A stretch of DNA of 64,000 bases from Rhina ancylostomus (Eukaryota): contig JARFYF010000063.1 of the NCBI GenBank assembly GCA_030265395.1, positions 44,275,175-44,339,174 of the forward strand, written 5' to 3'. A program made the position numbers and the translations under genes. Numbering within the stretch: position 1 is the first letter of the stretch; every line of letters begins with the position of its first letter. Positions 53,070 through 64,000 of the stretch are shown piece after piece. The notes below the pieces were generated by a model. The model did not search any database, was not told the DNA's origin, and was given only the letters and a program-made list of their open reading frames with translations.

Positions 53070-53238
53070 ATGAATATCCAATGGCTCCCATTGTTCTGCT
53101 GGTGGTTGCTAAAGGTGAAGGGAAACATGATTCAGCAGCAGTTGGGAACATTCTCGGAGATTTTTCACTACATTCCTGCACAGATCTGGAAATCAGAATG
53201 TGAGACCAAAGAGTTGACAGAGATCCCAAAGAAGAATG
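53070..53238 (+). CDS. TOR3A: TOR3A first coding exon (MNIQWLPLFCWWLLKVKG...EIPKKN); signal-peptide-like start
   Basis: ATG at 53070; 169 nt to a phase-1 |gtgagt donor that fits the next exon; acceptor ttttcag| at 53052 implies an upstream exon; sequence is divergent so the call rests on frame and hydrophobicity. Confidence 0.7.
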
Positions 53239-55099
53239 GTGAGTTAAATACATAAGATGTACATGGGAAATAATGGAAATGAGTTGCAAACTTATTTGTT
53301 GTGAGATTTGGGTAGTTTATTTGATAAAATAATGTGTATTTAGGAGCAAATTATAGATTTAATTAAATTATTCCATTGCTAGGAATTACTTTAACATTGG
53401 GATACAAGTGAGAAAATTTTTTAAAAATACATGTCACATCAAAGGACTCTAAGATAGTAAAACTACTAGATCAGTTCATATTTTACATTGATATACAAGT
53501 TTAAGGCAATTTTTATATCTTGTAATATGTCATATACTTTAACAACTGTTATGCACATTTTTATTTATAGAGCTTCATTAGGTTCACCCATTCCCTCCAG
53601 ACTTAGAAGAGGTTTATATTCTTGTTCAGTTGATGTGAAGTACTCCATTTAAACACAGGTCATTGTCCACAGAGTACACATTAACCTGCTCTGCAATGTA
53701 ACCTTAGGAGTGTTCCAGCCCCAAACAATGAAGTACAACATGGTATCTGTTAATTGGCAGTCTAACCCCTGAGCTAACAACTCATCAGCTGGAACCACTG
53801 AGGTCTTGCTCAGAAGTTGCCAGCCATTTCCAAGATTTGCATAATGCTAAACTGAAATTCATGTGGTTTAAAATCTCCAGCAATAGCATTTGGATACTGG
53901 TTAGGTCATGCTAACCCACATGATATGTTTTTCGATACATGAGTCTGTGAGGAATTCTCTTGGGTTACTCCTTTATTTGGACATGGATTTGGAGAGGCAA
54001 GGCCGAAAGACAAGGCCAGAATGGGTTCTTCAATGTTGCCATCTCAAATCTGCCTTCCCAGAAACTATAGCTGCATACTCCTCCCAAAAAGTATGTAGTC
54101 CCTTCGTCACCCACTAATTTAAACATGCAAGGTTGGCTCCAAGGACCTCTTTCCCCATGTAGAATCTACAGCAGGTATCACTAAGCTAATAACATCAGAA
54201 AAGGCAATTTGCCTGATGGTATTTTTTTGCTGGAATTGTTTAAGTGTTTTGAGATTATGTCACTGTTTTTGTTACTATGACCTCTCAGTCCTGTCCTTCA
54301 CTCTGGACCCAGACTACCCATTGTCAAAAAGAGAATTGTTCAGGTAGGGCCATCCTCCGCTATCGACTCAGCACATGAAGTGGAGGGGTATTGAGGAACA
54401 TTACGTTGCTGTCCCCAACATTTCACAGCCAGTGTGCCTTCGCCTTGGGCCCATTCCCACAGACAACTAATGAATCTGCATGGAACATGAAGTCAGGATT
54501 TTCCACAATGGAATCATTCTCCTGCTGATATTTCTTTGGCATTGATTAAGGTTAACCTTTTCCTTAGCTATGCTGGGAGTCTGAGAGTAACATGGATACT
54601 GCAATCCACAAGCTGCTGCAGTACCTCTCCGGGTGGGTATATCGCGTCAAGGGGGAGGTTGGTATGGTGCAGATAGTAAATGAGTGTTTGTCTTGATTTG
54701 CCTTGTGTGACTGAGTTGTCCTGAAACCAGGAGCTGAGAGAGAAAAAGTGGGGAGGCAGGAGATGCAGTGGTGGAGGTCATGTTGACATGGGTACCTTCA
54801 GAGCCACCCAGAGGACAACAGGTTCCATTCCTGGACCATGCCAGTTGTCAGGGGCTGCAGCTTGCATTGAATTCCTCTGCTACTTTCTTCCACAAAGCTT
54901 GCACAATGGGGCTTCCTGTCTTTTAAAATCCCTGAGACTTTTCCTCTGGCACTGACTACTGCCACATTTCATCAGATAGATTTGAAAAGCCAGCTACTCT
55001 CATGGCTGCCACCATAGCCACCTTGTAAAGGTAGCACCAGAACTGCAGATCTTCTCTTCCAGAGCAAGTAGACCAACAAAGAGTCTTTTTCTTTTTTTA

Positions 55100-55720
55100 A
55101 AAAAAAACAGACAATGCTTAAAATACTAAGCAGGTCAGGCCTCCTGTGGAGAGAGAGAAAAATTACAGGTGGCTGATACAAACAGGAAAGAGTTGAATTC
55201 AATATCGAATCCTGAGGGCTACAGAATGCCTTGTTGGAAGATGAGGTGTTGTTCTTGAAACTTGTGTTGGGGGCAGTTGAAATAGTATCAAGAGAGATCA
55301 GAGTGGGATGAAGAATTAAAGTAATATTCAACTGGAAGTTCAGTGATGTCCTAGCAGACTAGTTAAAGCAAAGCAATCACCCAATCTGTGTTTGGTTTCT
55401 CCAACATAGAGAACACATCCTGAGCACCAAATGCACACCTAACTTGCGTCCAGACAGACCATCTATGACTAACAAGCATTCACCACCCTCCCAGCACCAA
55501 CAGCATTTGTGTTATCTGGGCTCTCCTGCTTTCCACCTTGTCCTGGACATCCCCTTAAGTGTCTCCACCCTCCCTCCCTCTGCAATTTAAAACATGCTTG
55601 CTTTTCTTCCCCCCGCTTTTCCAGTTGCGATGGAAGGTCATCAACCTGAAACAGCCATTCTGTTTTTCCCTCCTGACCCGAGTACATGTAGGATGTTGTA
55701 TTTTAATCTCGGATTACCAG
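55100..55720. mobile_element. Penelope-like remnants in TOR3A intron 1
   Basis: Similarity to 6820-7340 and to short caggtcaggcagcatc-type elements near 17780-17945, 23330-23420, 49360-49530, 56210-56390 and 63890-64000. Confidence 0.45.
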
Positions 55721-56950
55721 CAGCCATTTTTTGTCATCGTTCCACGTCCTGGCCTTCAATTTGGCTCCTTTGATGATGCCTTGTTGTACAGCACATGGAT
55801 TCCATGCTTGACTGCATAACGACACACACCTGAGCCCCCTCAGGGGCCTAGCATAAGTACCTGGGTTTCTCTAGCACTAGTTGCCAGAGTATTGGTCAAC
55901 CTTCGGGTAGACTTTGGCTCCTGGCTGCTTAGAGTGGTCAACTCTAGAACAGTCCTGCGTTCCCTGTTCCTCTTTGGATATCCAGTTCGTGTTGGGATTC
56001 CTCCTCAGATCCCCGAGGCAAGATTCCTTCCCGTTGCTGCCCGTATTTGGTCCTGAGGAAGTATCCTGACTCCAGTCCTGTATCAGTGTGCTGCATTTGG
56101 GTTCTCTGTGAGTTTGCTCTTTGCTCAACATTGTGACATTTTTGGCTTTTAAAAAGAGCAATTTTTCATCCTTAAACTTCCCTTTGACTAGTGACAGTGA
56201 TGGGGAAAAACCAGCAATAAGCTAATGGTAATTTGAGATGCTCTGTAGGTCAGGCAGCATCAGTGGAGAGTCAAAGAGAGAGAACACTTCAGCAATGATG
56301 AAGGCTCATTGACCTGAAACATTAACTACCTCTTTCTGTGCAGATGCTACCTGACCTGCTGATTGTTTCCAGTATTTTTCAGTTTTTATTTAAAACTGAG
56401 CAACTGTAGTTTTTGGCTTTTTAATTATAGTTTGATGTTGGTGAGTGATAACCGTCCACAAACCCACCAACAACCTGCATGTGCAATTTAGCATCGCAAT
56501 GTGGTGTTAACTGTGGAAGCTCAACAATGCACTCCTGCATCGCCTGGGCATTTTCCAACTGTAATGACTATGAAGCAGGTGAAGCATCAGGTGCTACAGC
56601 TCCCAGCCCTGTTCCAGGTTACAGTCTTTCCCTTCCCATTTCAAACTCGTGTCTGGGATCAACGAAAGACTGGCAAAGCACCACTACATTGAGGAGATCC
56701 CCTGGAGATTTCAGGCTGCTGAAAGCCATACTTAGCCTTATCCAAGAAGGATTGGACCATGCAAGTTCCAACATTTTGTACAAATTGGTTAATCAGCATA
56801 ATTTCAAACAAAGCTGCATCAAGGCAAGAAAGTCTGTTATTTTAGTGTATGTAATAGCTTTATTAAATAGGCGTAAAAGATGTTCAGTCATTTAATTCAA
56901 AGATACCTCATTATTGGTCCGGTATAAAACATTTTCTCCTTTCATTTCAG

Positions 56951-57073
56951 CAAACACTTTGGAGGCCTGGTCCTTCTTGATCCAGGATAGTTATCAAGAG
57001 ATAATGAGTTGGTACTGCAGCGTGCACGAATGCTGTGAGTCAGGAGATTGCCGGCTGATCAACAACGTCACAG
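56951..57073 (+). CDS. TOR3A: TOR3A coding exon 2 (123 nt; NTLEAWSFLIQDSYQEIMSWYCSVHECCESGDCRLINNVT)
   Basis: tttcag| and |gtcggt; torsin WYC..CC..DCR..NNxT motif. Confidence 0.92.
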
Positions 57074-57775
57074 GTCGGTAAATGGGGATTAATTTTTAGG
57101 AATGGAAGAAAACCCAGTAAACCTGAGCAGTAAATATCCTATTAACTTTAAGGTGAATGGGCTTTGATGCTATTCTGTTAATATTGGATTTAGTGCTAGT
57201 TCCTTTGGGATGATATCAGGGATAGGATCAAGCTGGAGCAGTGTTTCCTGCACATAAGCTGCACAGAGAGCCTGAGTGATCTTATAGATAGCAGGAGCTA
57301 AAGTAAACTGGGTTGAACTGGAAATGCACCACTCAGCTGTGGTGCTGCCAACACATCCAGATTGCACCTCAACAGATCTGAGCTGTCATTTATAAGCTGC
57401 CTGATTATCAGGTTTGACTGAGATGGAGGTCCTGTGCTGGTCTATTCCCTCGCTCACACCAAAAGGTGTTTGATGAAGGTTCTTAAGAAGTACGTCTACC
57501 CTACGTTCAACACCATTGAAATGCCACTTTAAAACGTTAGCAGGCATGAGGCTTAACAAACTATTCCTTGTTTCTAAATTTTATTTTCATCAGATTAGAA
57601 CTGTGGTAAACAAATACCTCACTATCACCAGATGGACAATAGAATAATGAGCCATTTCTGCCATTACACTCACTTTGAGAAATCTGCCATTTAGATAAAC
57701 ACCTTAGGAATGGATTCACCTCTGAAGTAGAAATGGAAAGGGATCATAACATTTGGTCTTGTGTTTTCTAACTAG

Positions 57776-58041
57776 GTCTTAGTCACGACCTGAGCATAAA
57801 ATTGCACGGGCAGCATATAGTCAAGGAGGTTGTGGTGAAAGCAGTGAAAGGTTTCCTAGCAAACAAAAACCCAGAGAAAGCATTGGCACTTTCCTTCCAT
57901 GGCTGGTCTGGCACTGGGAAGAACTTTGTGGCAAAGATGATAGCAGACAACCTGTACCGAGATGGACTAAGAAGCGAGTGTGTGCATTTCTACATCGCTC
58001 CCTTCCACTTTCCGCACGCTGGCCTGGTTGACATTTACAAG
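57776..58041 (+). CDS. TOR3A: TOR3A coding exon 3 (266 nt; LHGQH...SFHGWSGTGKNFV...HFPH...DIYK)
   Basis: actag| and |gtaagc; torsin-type Walker A GWSGTGKN. Confidence 0.96.
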
Positions 58042-58370
58042 GTAAGCAGTACTGAGGGGACTGAATGGATACCCAGCTCACTCGGACACATCCTGTGTGG
58101 CAGCTTATCTGCTCAATTTCACCCAACCCTAAAAGATGTGAGCTCTTTGCTCTGTTCAACATCATGCATAAGGCAGAAATAGGACTGGGAAAAATGAAAG
58201 CATTCCCATTTCCTCATCGGAACACCGGCCTTCAGTCTAAATGAGTCGTTCTGACTATTCGTCCCTGCGTGAGGGTGCGTGAGCAGAAGGAAAACAACAT
58301 TCCAAAGGAGGAGGGAAACCCTAAATTGATGAAAGGTGGGAATATTCACAGTTACTTATCTTTCTTTCAG

Positions 58371-58546
58371 GCTCAGCTCCAGCAGTTCATCCTGATGGCT
58401 GTACAAAAATGCCAACAGTCCTTATTTATTTTTGATGAGGCAGAAAAGCTGCATCAAGGCCTTATTGATGCCATCAAGCCTTACATTGACCACCATGAAC
58501 ATGTGACTGGAGTGGACTTCAGAAAGTCAATGTTTATTTTATTAAG
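58371..58546 (+). CDS. TOR3A: TOR3A coding exon 4 (176 nt; Walker B LFIFDEAEKLH)
   Basis: tttcag| and |gtaatc; DEAEKL is TOR3A-like, whereas TOR1 and TOR2 have DEMDK. Confidence 0.96.
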
Positions 58547-61500
58547 GTAATCTCAACTAAAATAGTCATGGAGTTATTAGCGTTTCTAAAAAAAAGGCAG
58601 GACTATTGGTCCCAGCTACCAGAGCTAAAGCCTTTCAAAACAACTTTGAAGATGATTATATGTTCAATGGGCACTAAAAGTGTCACTGTCAAAATCAGAG
58701 CTGCTGTGCTGTGCTAAGAAGGTCCACGGGAGACCTTTGCAGATTCCAGATCTATTTCTGGTATATTGAGCTGCTTTCCTCAAGTGTGTTTGGTAGCATG
58801 AGGGATCTGCTTGCACGGGAGTATCAAGGTTGATGTACAGTATCTGCATATAAATGAGCAAAGTACTGCTTCAAGAATAATCTTAGTTCTGCATATGAGG
58901 TTTAGAAGATTTTTTTTCCAGCATATGTTATAGAGACTGTGGTCCCTACCTGACCTCAGTCAGTCTGTAGCTGCAGTTAAGTTTAACATAGTATGTTCTC
59001 AGGTTTTATTGAGCTGGTTCCAAGATGACTCTAGGTAGCTCTTAAGCAGATGGACATAGCTCTGGGATTTGGACTGTCTGTATGGTTAACACCTGCCATA
59101 ATTAAATCCATGGTCTATTTAAGGGAAGGGATGTTGCTGTGTGCTTTCAGCTACAGTTTTATGCAGTGACTCCTCATTTCATACTTTCTACAGTTTAAAA
59201 AAAAAACAAACTAAATGAACTCAAAATTGCACAAAATCAATATCTCTGAATAACTCTCAACCCTGACAGGTGGAAGCTGCCAACTCAAATCAAACTCACT
59301 ATTGGTAAATGTTGCACAAAGATCAAATAGTAAAGTTTCAATGTCACAACCTTATTTAAAAATCTGTAGATGTGGAACTACCCAGATCAATGTTATTGCA
59401 ACTGATTGCGTGTTCCCCAGATAACCTGAGTTAAGACTACACTTACTTGATTTTTTTTTGTCTCAGCCAACTATAACTTTTACTTGTACTCCTCCCAACT
59501 AACTAAAGAAGATCTTAGCTGGAGCAGCTGAGAGAGGTCCATTGACTCCTGTTCAGGAAAGTAATGAGTGAGAAATTTGATTGTTAAAATTGATACCCCT
59601 AGCTAACTCTTGCATACAACATATCAGAGTGTAGTGGGAAAGGAAGTCAAAGAAAGATAACAAGCATGCACCTGAGAGAAAAAGAATTAGTGTCTGAAAA
59701 TGAAGCCAAAAGGATAAATTTGAATGAGTATTTTGAGCCCAGTAACAAGGTAGGCGAGAGACATGTGATGAATGCCCAGCCCTAACCAAAAAAGAGTTTG
59801 GAGGGACATTGCAAGGGCAGAGTACAGTTGATTTAAACAACTTCAGTCCTTGTGCCAGGGTACAGGATTTAAGGTTGTAGAGGGAGTCATAAAAACAAGG
59901 GCCAGCAATTGTTAATTAAAAACAAGAGATGAGGATAAGGATTGGGATGCAAGCAGCCCAACACAGGGATGAGATGAAATGAATGTAAGGGGATTGGAAA
60001 AATTAAGCGAGGAAGTGATGGTGCCAAAGTAGGGGCTCAGCACAGTGGAAAGCAAAGAGCTCTTGAGCCATGAGCTGCAGGTACAAGCCATGAAGGAAGG
60101 CCTCAGTCATGTTGGAACTGAGCCAAGAATGGGTAGGGTCATCAGCAATAAAGGTGCAGAGATGGTCAGACCTGATGCCATTAGTAGACACATGGTAGGT
60201 AACAGCCCATGTGAATACTGACAGCAAATTTTTGTCGTTTCTCCCAGTCATCCATAACAGTTTGGTTGGAAAGCTGCAGAAACCCCCTGTAAAAGGTACA
60301 TAATGGCTTTCTGTGCTCTTTGTCAAGGTTCAGTGAAACAGTCAATTGAATCATTCCACTTAATAATGGAGACAACCTTGGAAAAGCTCGAAGGGTCAGA
60401 ACACAGATGTAGAGGAAGCTTTGAGGGAAAGAACCAATTGCTTTGCAGCAGCAAAAAATGGAGCCATGGTAGGGAACTGGAGGGAGGAGGTGGTGTCAGA
60501 GTCCCAGCACATCAGAATCAGACACTAGTGTCTGCTTCTGCTGCTGGATTGAAGTAAAATCCCAGCACCTGTATTTAGCCATGAGAAGTCAGCTACTGCT
60601 GACTACACTTTCAAGTCTTGGGTTTCCCGGCAAGCATTAGGGCTAGTTTTTATCAATAGCTACATTCTTCATCACTGCTTGCATTTTGTACTTGTTCCCT
60701 GGAGCATTTAGTTTAAAGAAAAATGACTTTGGCTCTTGCCACATCACATTGCGCAACTGTACAGGGGTCTCATGGGTAGCTTGCCAGGTGACTGAGTTCT
60801 GTCTCGTCAGGTGAAAAAGTTTTATTCTGGATCACAAGATCTGGGTTAATTTTCTATCCAGTTATTGCTCAAGTACAGGACTTCAATATATGGTAACCTT
60901 TATAATTCATAAACTGAAGTGATGGGTTATTGGCTTTTAAATGTAAACCTGTGGAGTTCAAATCAATATAATAGTTGGACACAAGTGGGAACTTTTGGCC
61001 ATTTAACCATGCTGTTTCCTCCTCGTTGACGCATCAAGAACAATGAATCACTTCACACTGCTCAGAGTCTAACCTATGTGGTACAGACATTCTACTGGCA
61101 TGTACACCAACCGACTATAAACTAGAGAATATGAAAATCACTGCAGCAAGTAATCCCNNNNNNNNNNNNNNNNNNNNNNNNNNNNNNNNNNNNNNNNNNN
61201 NNNNNNNNNNNNNNNNNNNNNNNNNNNNNNNNNNNNNNNNNNNNNNNNNNNNNNNNNAACTCACTGCAGCCAGTAATCCCCCAACTTGTGGTCAGGGTCT
61301 TTGGACACTGGTGTCATGGTAAAAGTGGGTTCTAGGTTTCAGGGCAAGTAGTTGCCTCTGAGAGAAAAGTCTTCACTGAAAGGATTGTGAATCTCTCTGA
61401 CTCTCTAATTCGGAGGGCTGTGAGTACACATCAAGAATATTTGCAATTAATAGATCTGAGAACATTAAGTGGAGTGTTGGTTGTAAAATTGAACTTTTAA

Positions 61501-61902
61501 GGTAAATGCTGATCTTACTCTGCTATCAGTTTTCTTCTGAAAGTTATCTACATTGGCTGCAAATGCAAAACCCAAAAGTGAAAACTATTATGAAATCAAA
61601 GGTAATTAATAACTGACATGAAGATGGGCAACAGAAATGTTCCAAGTGGCTTGAAATGTTGTTGAACTTTTTGCTTTTTCCCAGTGGTCGAATACTTGAT
61701 TTCAAGCCAACTGTAAAGTAATAAAATGAGAAAGTAAGCAACTTCCATAAACTCTTGGATTCAATTCAATAATCACCCAGGGCATCCAGTGGGTTAGTAC
61801 TTTGTTACTGAATTAATGTACAACCAAGGCGAGCTCCTGACACCATTGTTTTGTTCAGTGCCATCCTCATACTAATTCCCTTCAAACGTTTCTCCACTCC
61901 AG

Positions 61903-62027
61903 CAATATCGGAGGAAGTTCCGTAAACAGGGTGGTGTTAGAAAACTGGCGAGCAGGACGAGCCCGAGAGGAGATTACCATGGAAGACTTGGAACATCGGA
62001 TCCAAAGGGAAGTTACAACGTCAAAAG
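61903..62027 (+). CDS. TOR3A: TOR3A coding exon 5 (125 nt; NIGGSSVNRVVLENWRAGRAREEITMEDLEHRIQREVTTSK)
   Basis: ctccag| and |gtaatt; completes the sensor-1 LSN motif across the junction; REEITMExLE motif. Confidence 0.94.
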
Positions 62028-62039
62028 GTAATTCATATT

Positions 62040-62610
62040 AGAAGCAGGACAGTGAGGAAAGGAGCCTTTTAGTCCACTGTATTCTCGCCAACGAGTACCT
62101 ATGTGTTTGAATCACATTTTCCAGCACTTGACTCACAGCTTTCTGTGCCATGGTGTTTCAACAACTCCTCGAAATACTTAAATGCTGTGAGAGTCTCTGC
62201 CTCCACATCACTTCCGACAGGGTACTCCAGATTCCAAGCACCCTCTGGTGGAAAAAAAATTCAAATTGTCTCTGTCTCTGAATCTCCTGCCCAGAACCTT
62301 TACCTTCTGATTAAAGCCACCTCTGCCACAGGGGAAATGTTTCTCACTATCTACCCTAACTACGCTCCTCAATTTTGTACACTTCAGCCAGATTTTCCTT
62401 CCGGTTCCGTGGAAAACAAACCCAGCCTGTCGAGTCCCTTGTAACTGATATGTTCCATCTCAGGCGACATCTAGGCAAATCTCTCCAATGCAATCACATC
62501 CTTCCCATAATATGGTGACCAGAACTGCACACAACACTCTGCAGCTAACGAACATTTTATATCGTTGTATCATAACCTCCCTGCTCTTACATTCCATGGC
62601 CTAGCTAATG
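62040..62610 (-). mobile_element. Decayed CR1 3' fragment
   Basis: tctgcctccac...ccagattccaagcaccctctggtggaaaaa and ggtgaccagaactgcacacaacactc blocks. Confidence 0.7.
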
Positions 62611-62871
62611 AATTCCCTGTGGGGAAGAACTGGGATGAACAAGAGAACAAAGGGATGGTTAAGAAACTCTGTGTGGAATGGAACAATTGAAGGCATGATG
62701 TGCATGAGGGATAAGAAAGCTTTCAAGGTGGGAATTGAGTGAAGAGATGGAAAGGGTTGCAAGAACACAGTTGCAGACAACAAAGGTGGTTTAGTGTGAT
62801 GCCTGCACAGTCAACTTAACAGTAGCAACAAACACAAACAGTAACTACTCATCAGCAACGAAGCCATCAAG

Positions 62872-62980
62872 TAATTACGTTCAAGGCAACATATGTCAAC
62901 AAAATTAATTACGTTCATTAATTACGTTCAAAGTTAGTTATGTTAATTAATTACGTTCGAGGCAACATATGTCAACAAAA
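62872..62980. repeat. Complex local direct repeat: two 33-nt copies plus four TAATTACGTTC
   Basis: 62872-62904 and 62948-62980 differ at one base; the 11-mer starts at 62872, 62906, 62919 and 62948. Confidence 0.9.
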
Positions 62981-63200
62981 CTGACGTGACTGATTCTTAT
63001 GCATCTTCCCAATATCAGGAAAAGTCAGCATCAGAACTGCAGTCATGAATATTGATGGTGGAACTGGTGTAATGATCCAGTGTTTTTGAAATACTTTATT
63101 CCACATTGCAAATTGGACACAAGAAACAAAAGCATTCAAATATTAATGACACAAAGCAATGGTATGAATCAAGATTTAATAATTTTGTGTTTGTTTCTAG

Positions 63201-63448
63201 GTGGCTTTGCACATAGTGGCCTTGTGGCTGAGAACCTTATTGACTTCTTCATCCCTTTCTTACCTCTGGAGTACAAGCACGTTAAATTGTGTGTACGTGA
63301 TGCTCTTCATTCCAGAGGAATCAAGTACAAGGTAGGCATCCTGGATGAAGTGGCAAAGGGAATGCTGTATGTTCCAAAGGAGGAAAACCTGTTCTCAGCC
63401 CAGGGCTGTAAATCGGTCTCACAGCGGGTCAACTTCTTTCTGCCCTGA
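63201..63448 (+). CDS. TOR3A: TOR3A last coding exon (GGFAHSGLVAENLIDFFIPFLPLEY...FSAQGCKSVSQRVNFFLP*)
   Basis: ttctag| acceptor; PFLPLE and redox sensor-2 GCK motifs; stop at 63446-63448; total CDS 1107 nt. Confidence 0.96.
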
Positions 63449-64000
63449 ACCAGAAGAGTTCAAGAAACAGCTCATAAGAACACTTTGTATTCCTGGAGAC
63501 CACGTCACTGCCTCACTTCCTAGTAGCAGTTGCCCTCCAGCAACTGAGAGAAATCTGACCCAAGCAACAGAAGAAAGGTAACCTTTAAGAAGTCAAGGAA
63601 CAAAACTGCCTTCTGGTTTCCTGACTTTCTAGTGAAACTTGCCTGCATCCTTGACCATTGCAACAATCCATACTTTACTGTTATTGGGTGTTGTGGATCC
63701 ACTGATGTGTGAACCTAGGTTTTGTAGATCGTGAAAATATCAGGCAGAAGGATGTACCATTGATAGAACTTTTCCATTATATTGATGTTTGTCTGCACCA
63801 GTCTGGCAGCTTTTCAACCGTTTATATCTGGCATTGACTGTCACTCAACTCCTCAAAATGGGGTTGAGGTTGAATGTCACCCTGGCACACCGAATACAGA
63901 GGAGACACAAGAGACTGCAGATACTGGAACCTGGAGCAACAAACAAGCTGCTGGAGGACTGGTGCAGGGTTTCAACCCGAAATGTCAACAATTCCTTCCC

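Noticed and set aside
56479-56895. 138-aa ORF as the TOR3A first exon
   Set aside because: No signal-peptide character or torsin similarity and no suitable phase-1 donor; 53070-53238 fits better.
62872-62980. Repeat cluster as a mini CRISPR array
   Set aside because: Only two long copies, irregular spacing, a spacer made of the repeat itself, and no cas-like ORF.
53070-63448. Assignment of the torsin as TOR1A, TOR1B, TOR2A or TOR4A
   Set aside because: DEAEKLH, NLYRDGL, REEITME, ENLIDFFIPFLPLEY and the 6-exon layout fit TOR3A; a phylogenetic tree would confirm this.
1-64000. Prokaryotic-type novel system (CRISPR, retron, defence operon) suggested by the RT-like ORFs and repeats
   Set aside because: The window is spliced vertebrate DNA. 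All RT motifs belong to broken LINE copies and there is no repeat-spacer array.

Overview
Eukaryotic, intron-rich, AT-rich vertebrate DNA. The repeat content (HE1/V-SINE-like SINEs, CR1, Rex1/Babar, L2, RTE and Penelope-like fragments) suggests a cartilaginous fish; the species cannot be determined from this window. Two + strand spliced genes for ER-lumen proteins lie head to tail. (1) EDEM3: coding exons 2-20 at 4058-45838, all introns GT-AG with consistent phase, encoding a GH47 mannosidase domain, a PA domain and an acidic tail ending in KDEL; exon 1 is not in the window and the 3'UTR probably runs to about 50.4 kb. (2) A complete 6-coding-exon TOR3A (torsin-3A, 368 aa) at 53070-63448. Most other entries in the ORF track are retroelement debris or noise. 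No prokaryotic-type system, CRISPR array or RNA gene is supported. The most interesting signal is a frame-preserving cassette microexon in EDEM3 intron 19 (43090-43128, with an alternative 15-nt form), preceded by two TGCATG (RBFOX-type) sites and TGC motifs. Exon boundaries were read by hand. Comparisons with human proteins are from memory, not from a search. Repeat boundaries are approximate.
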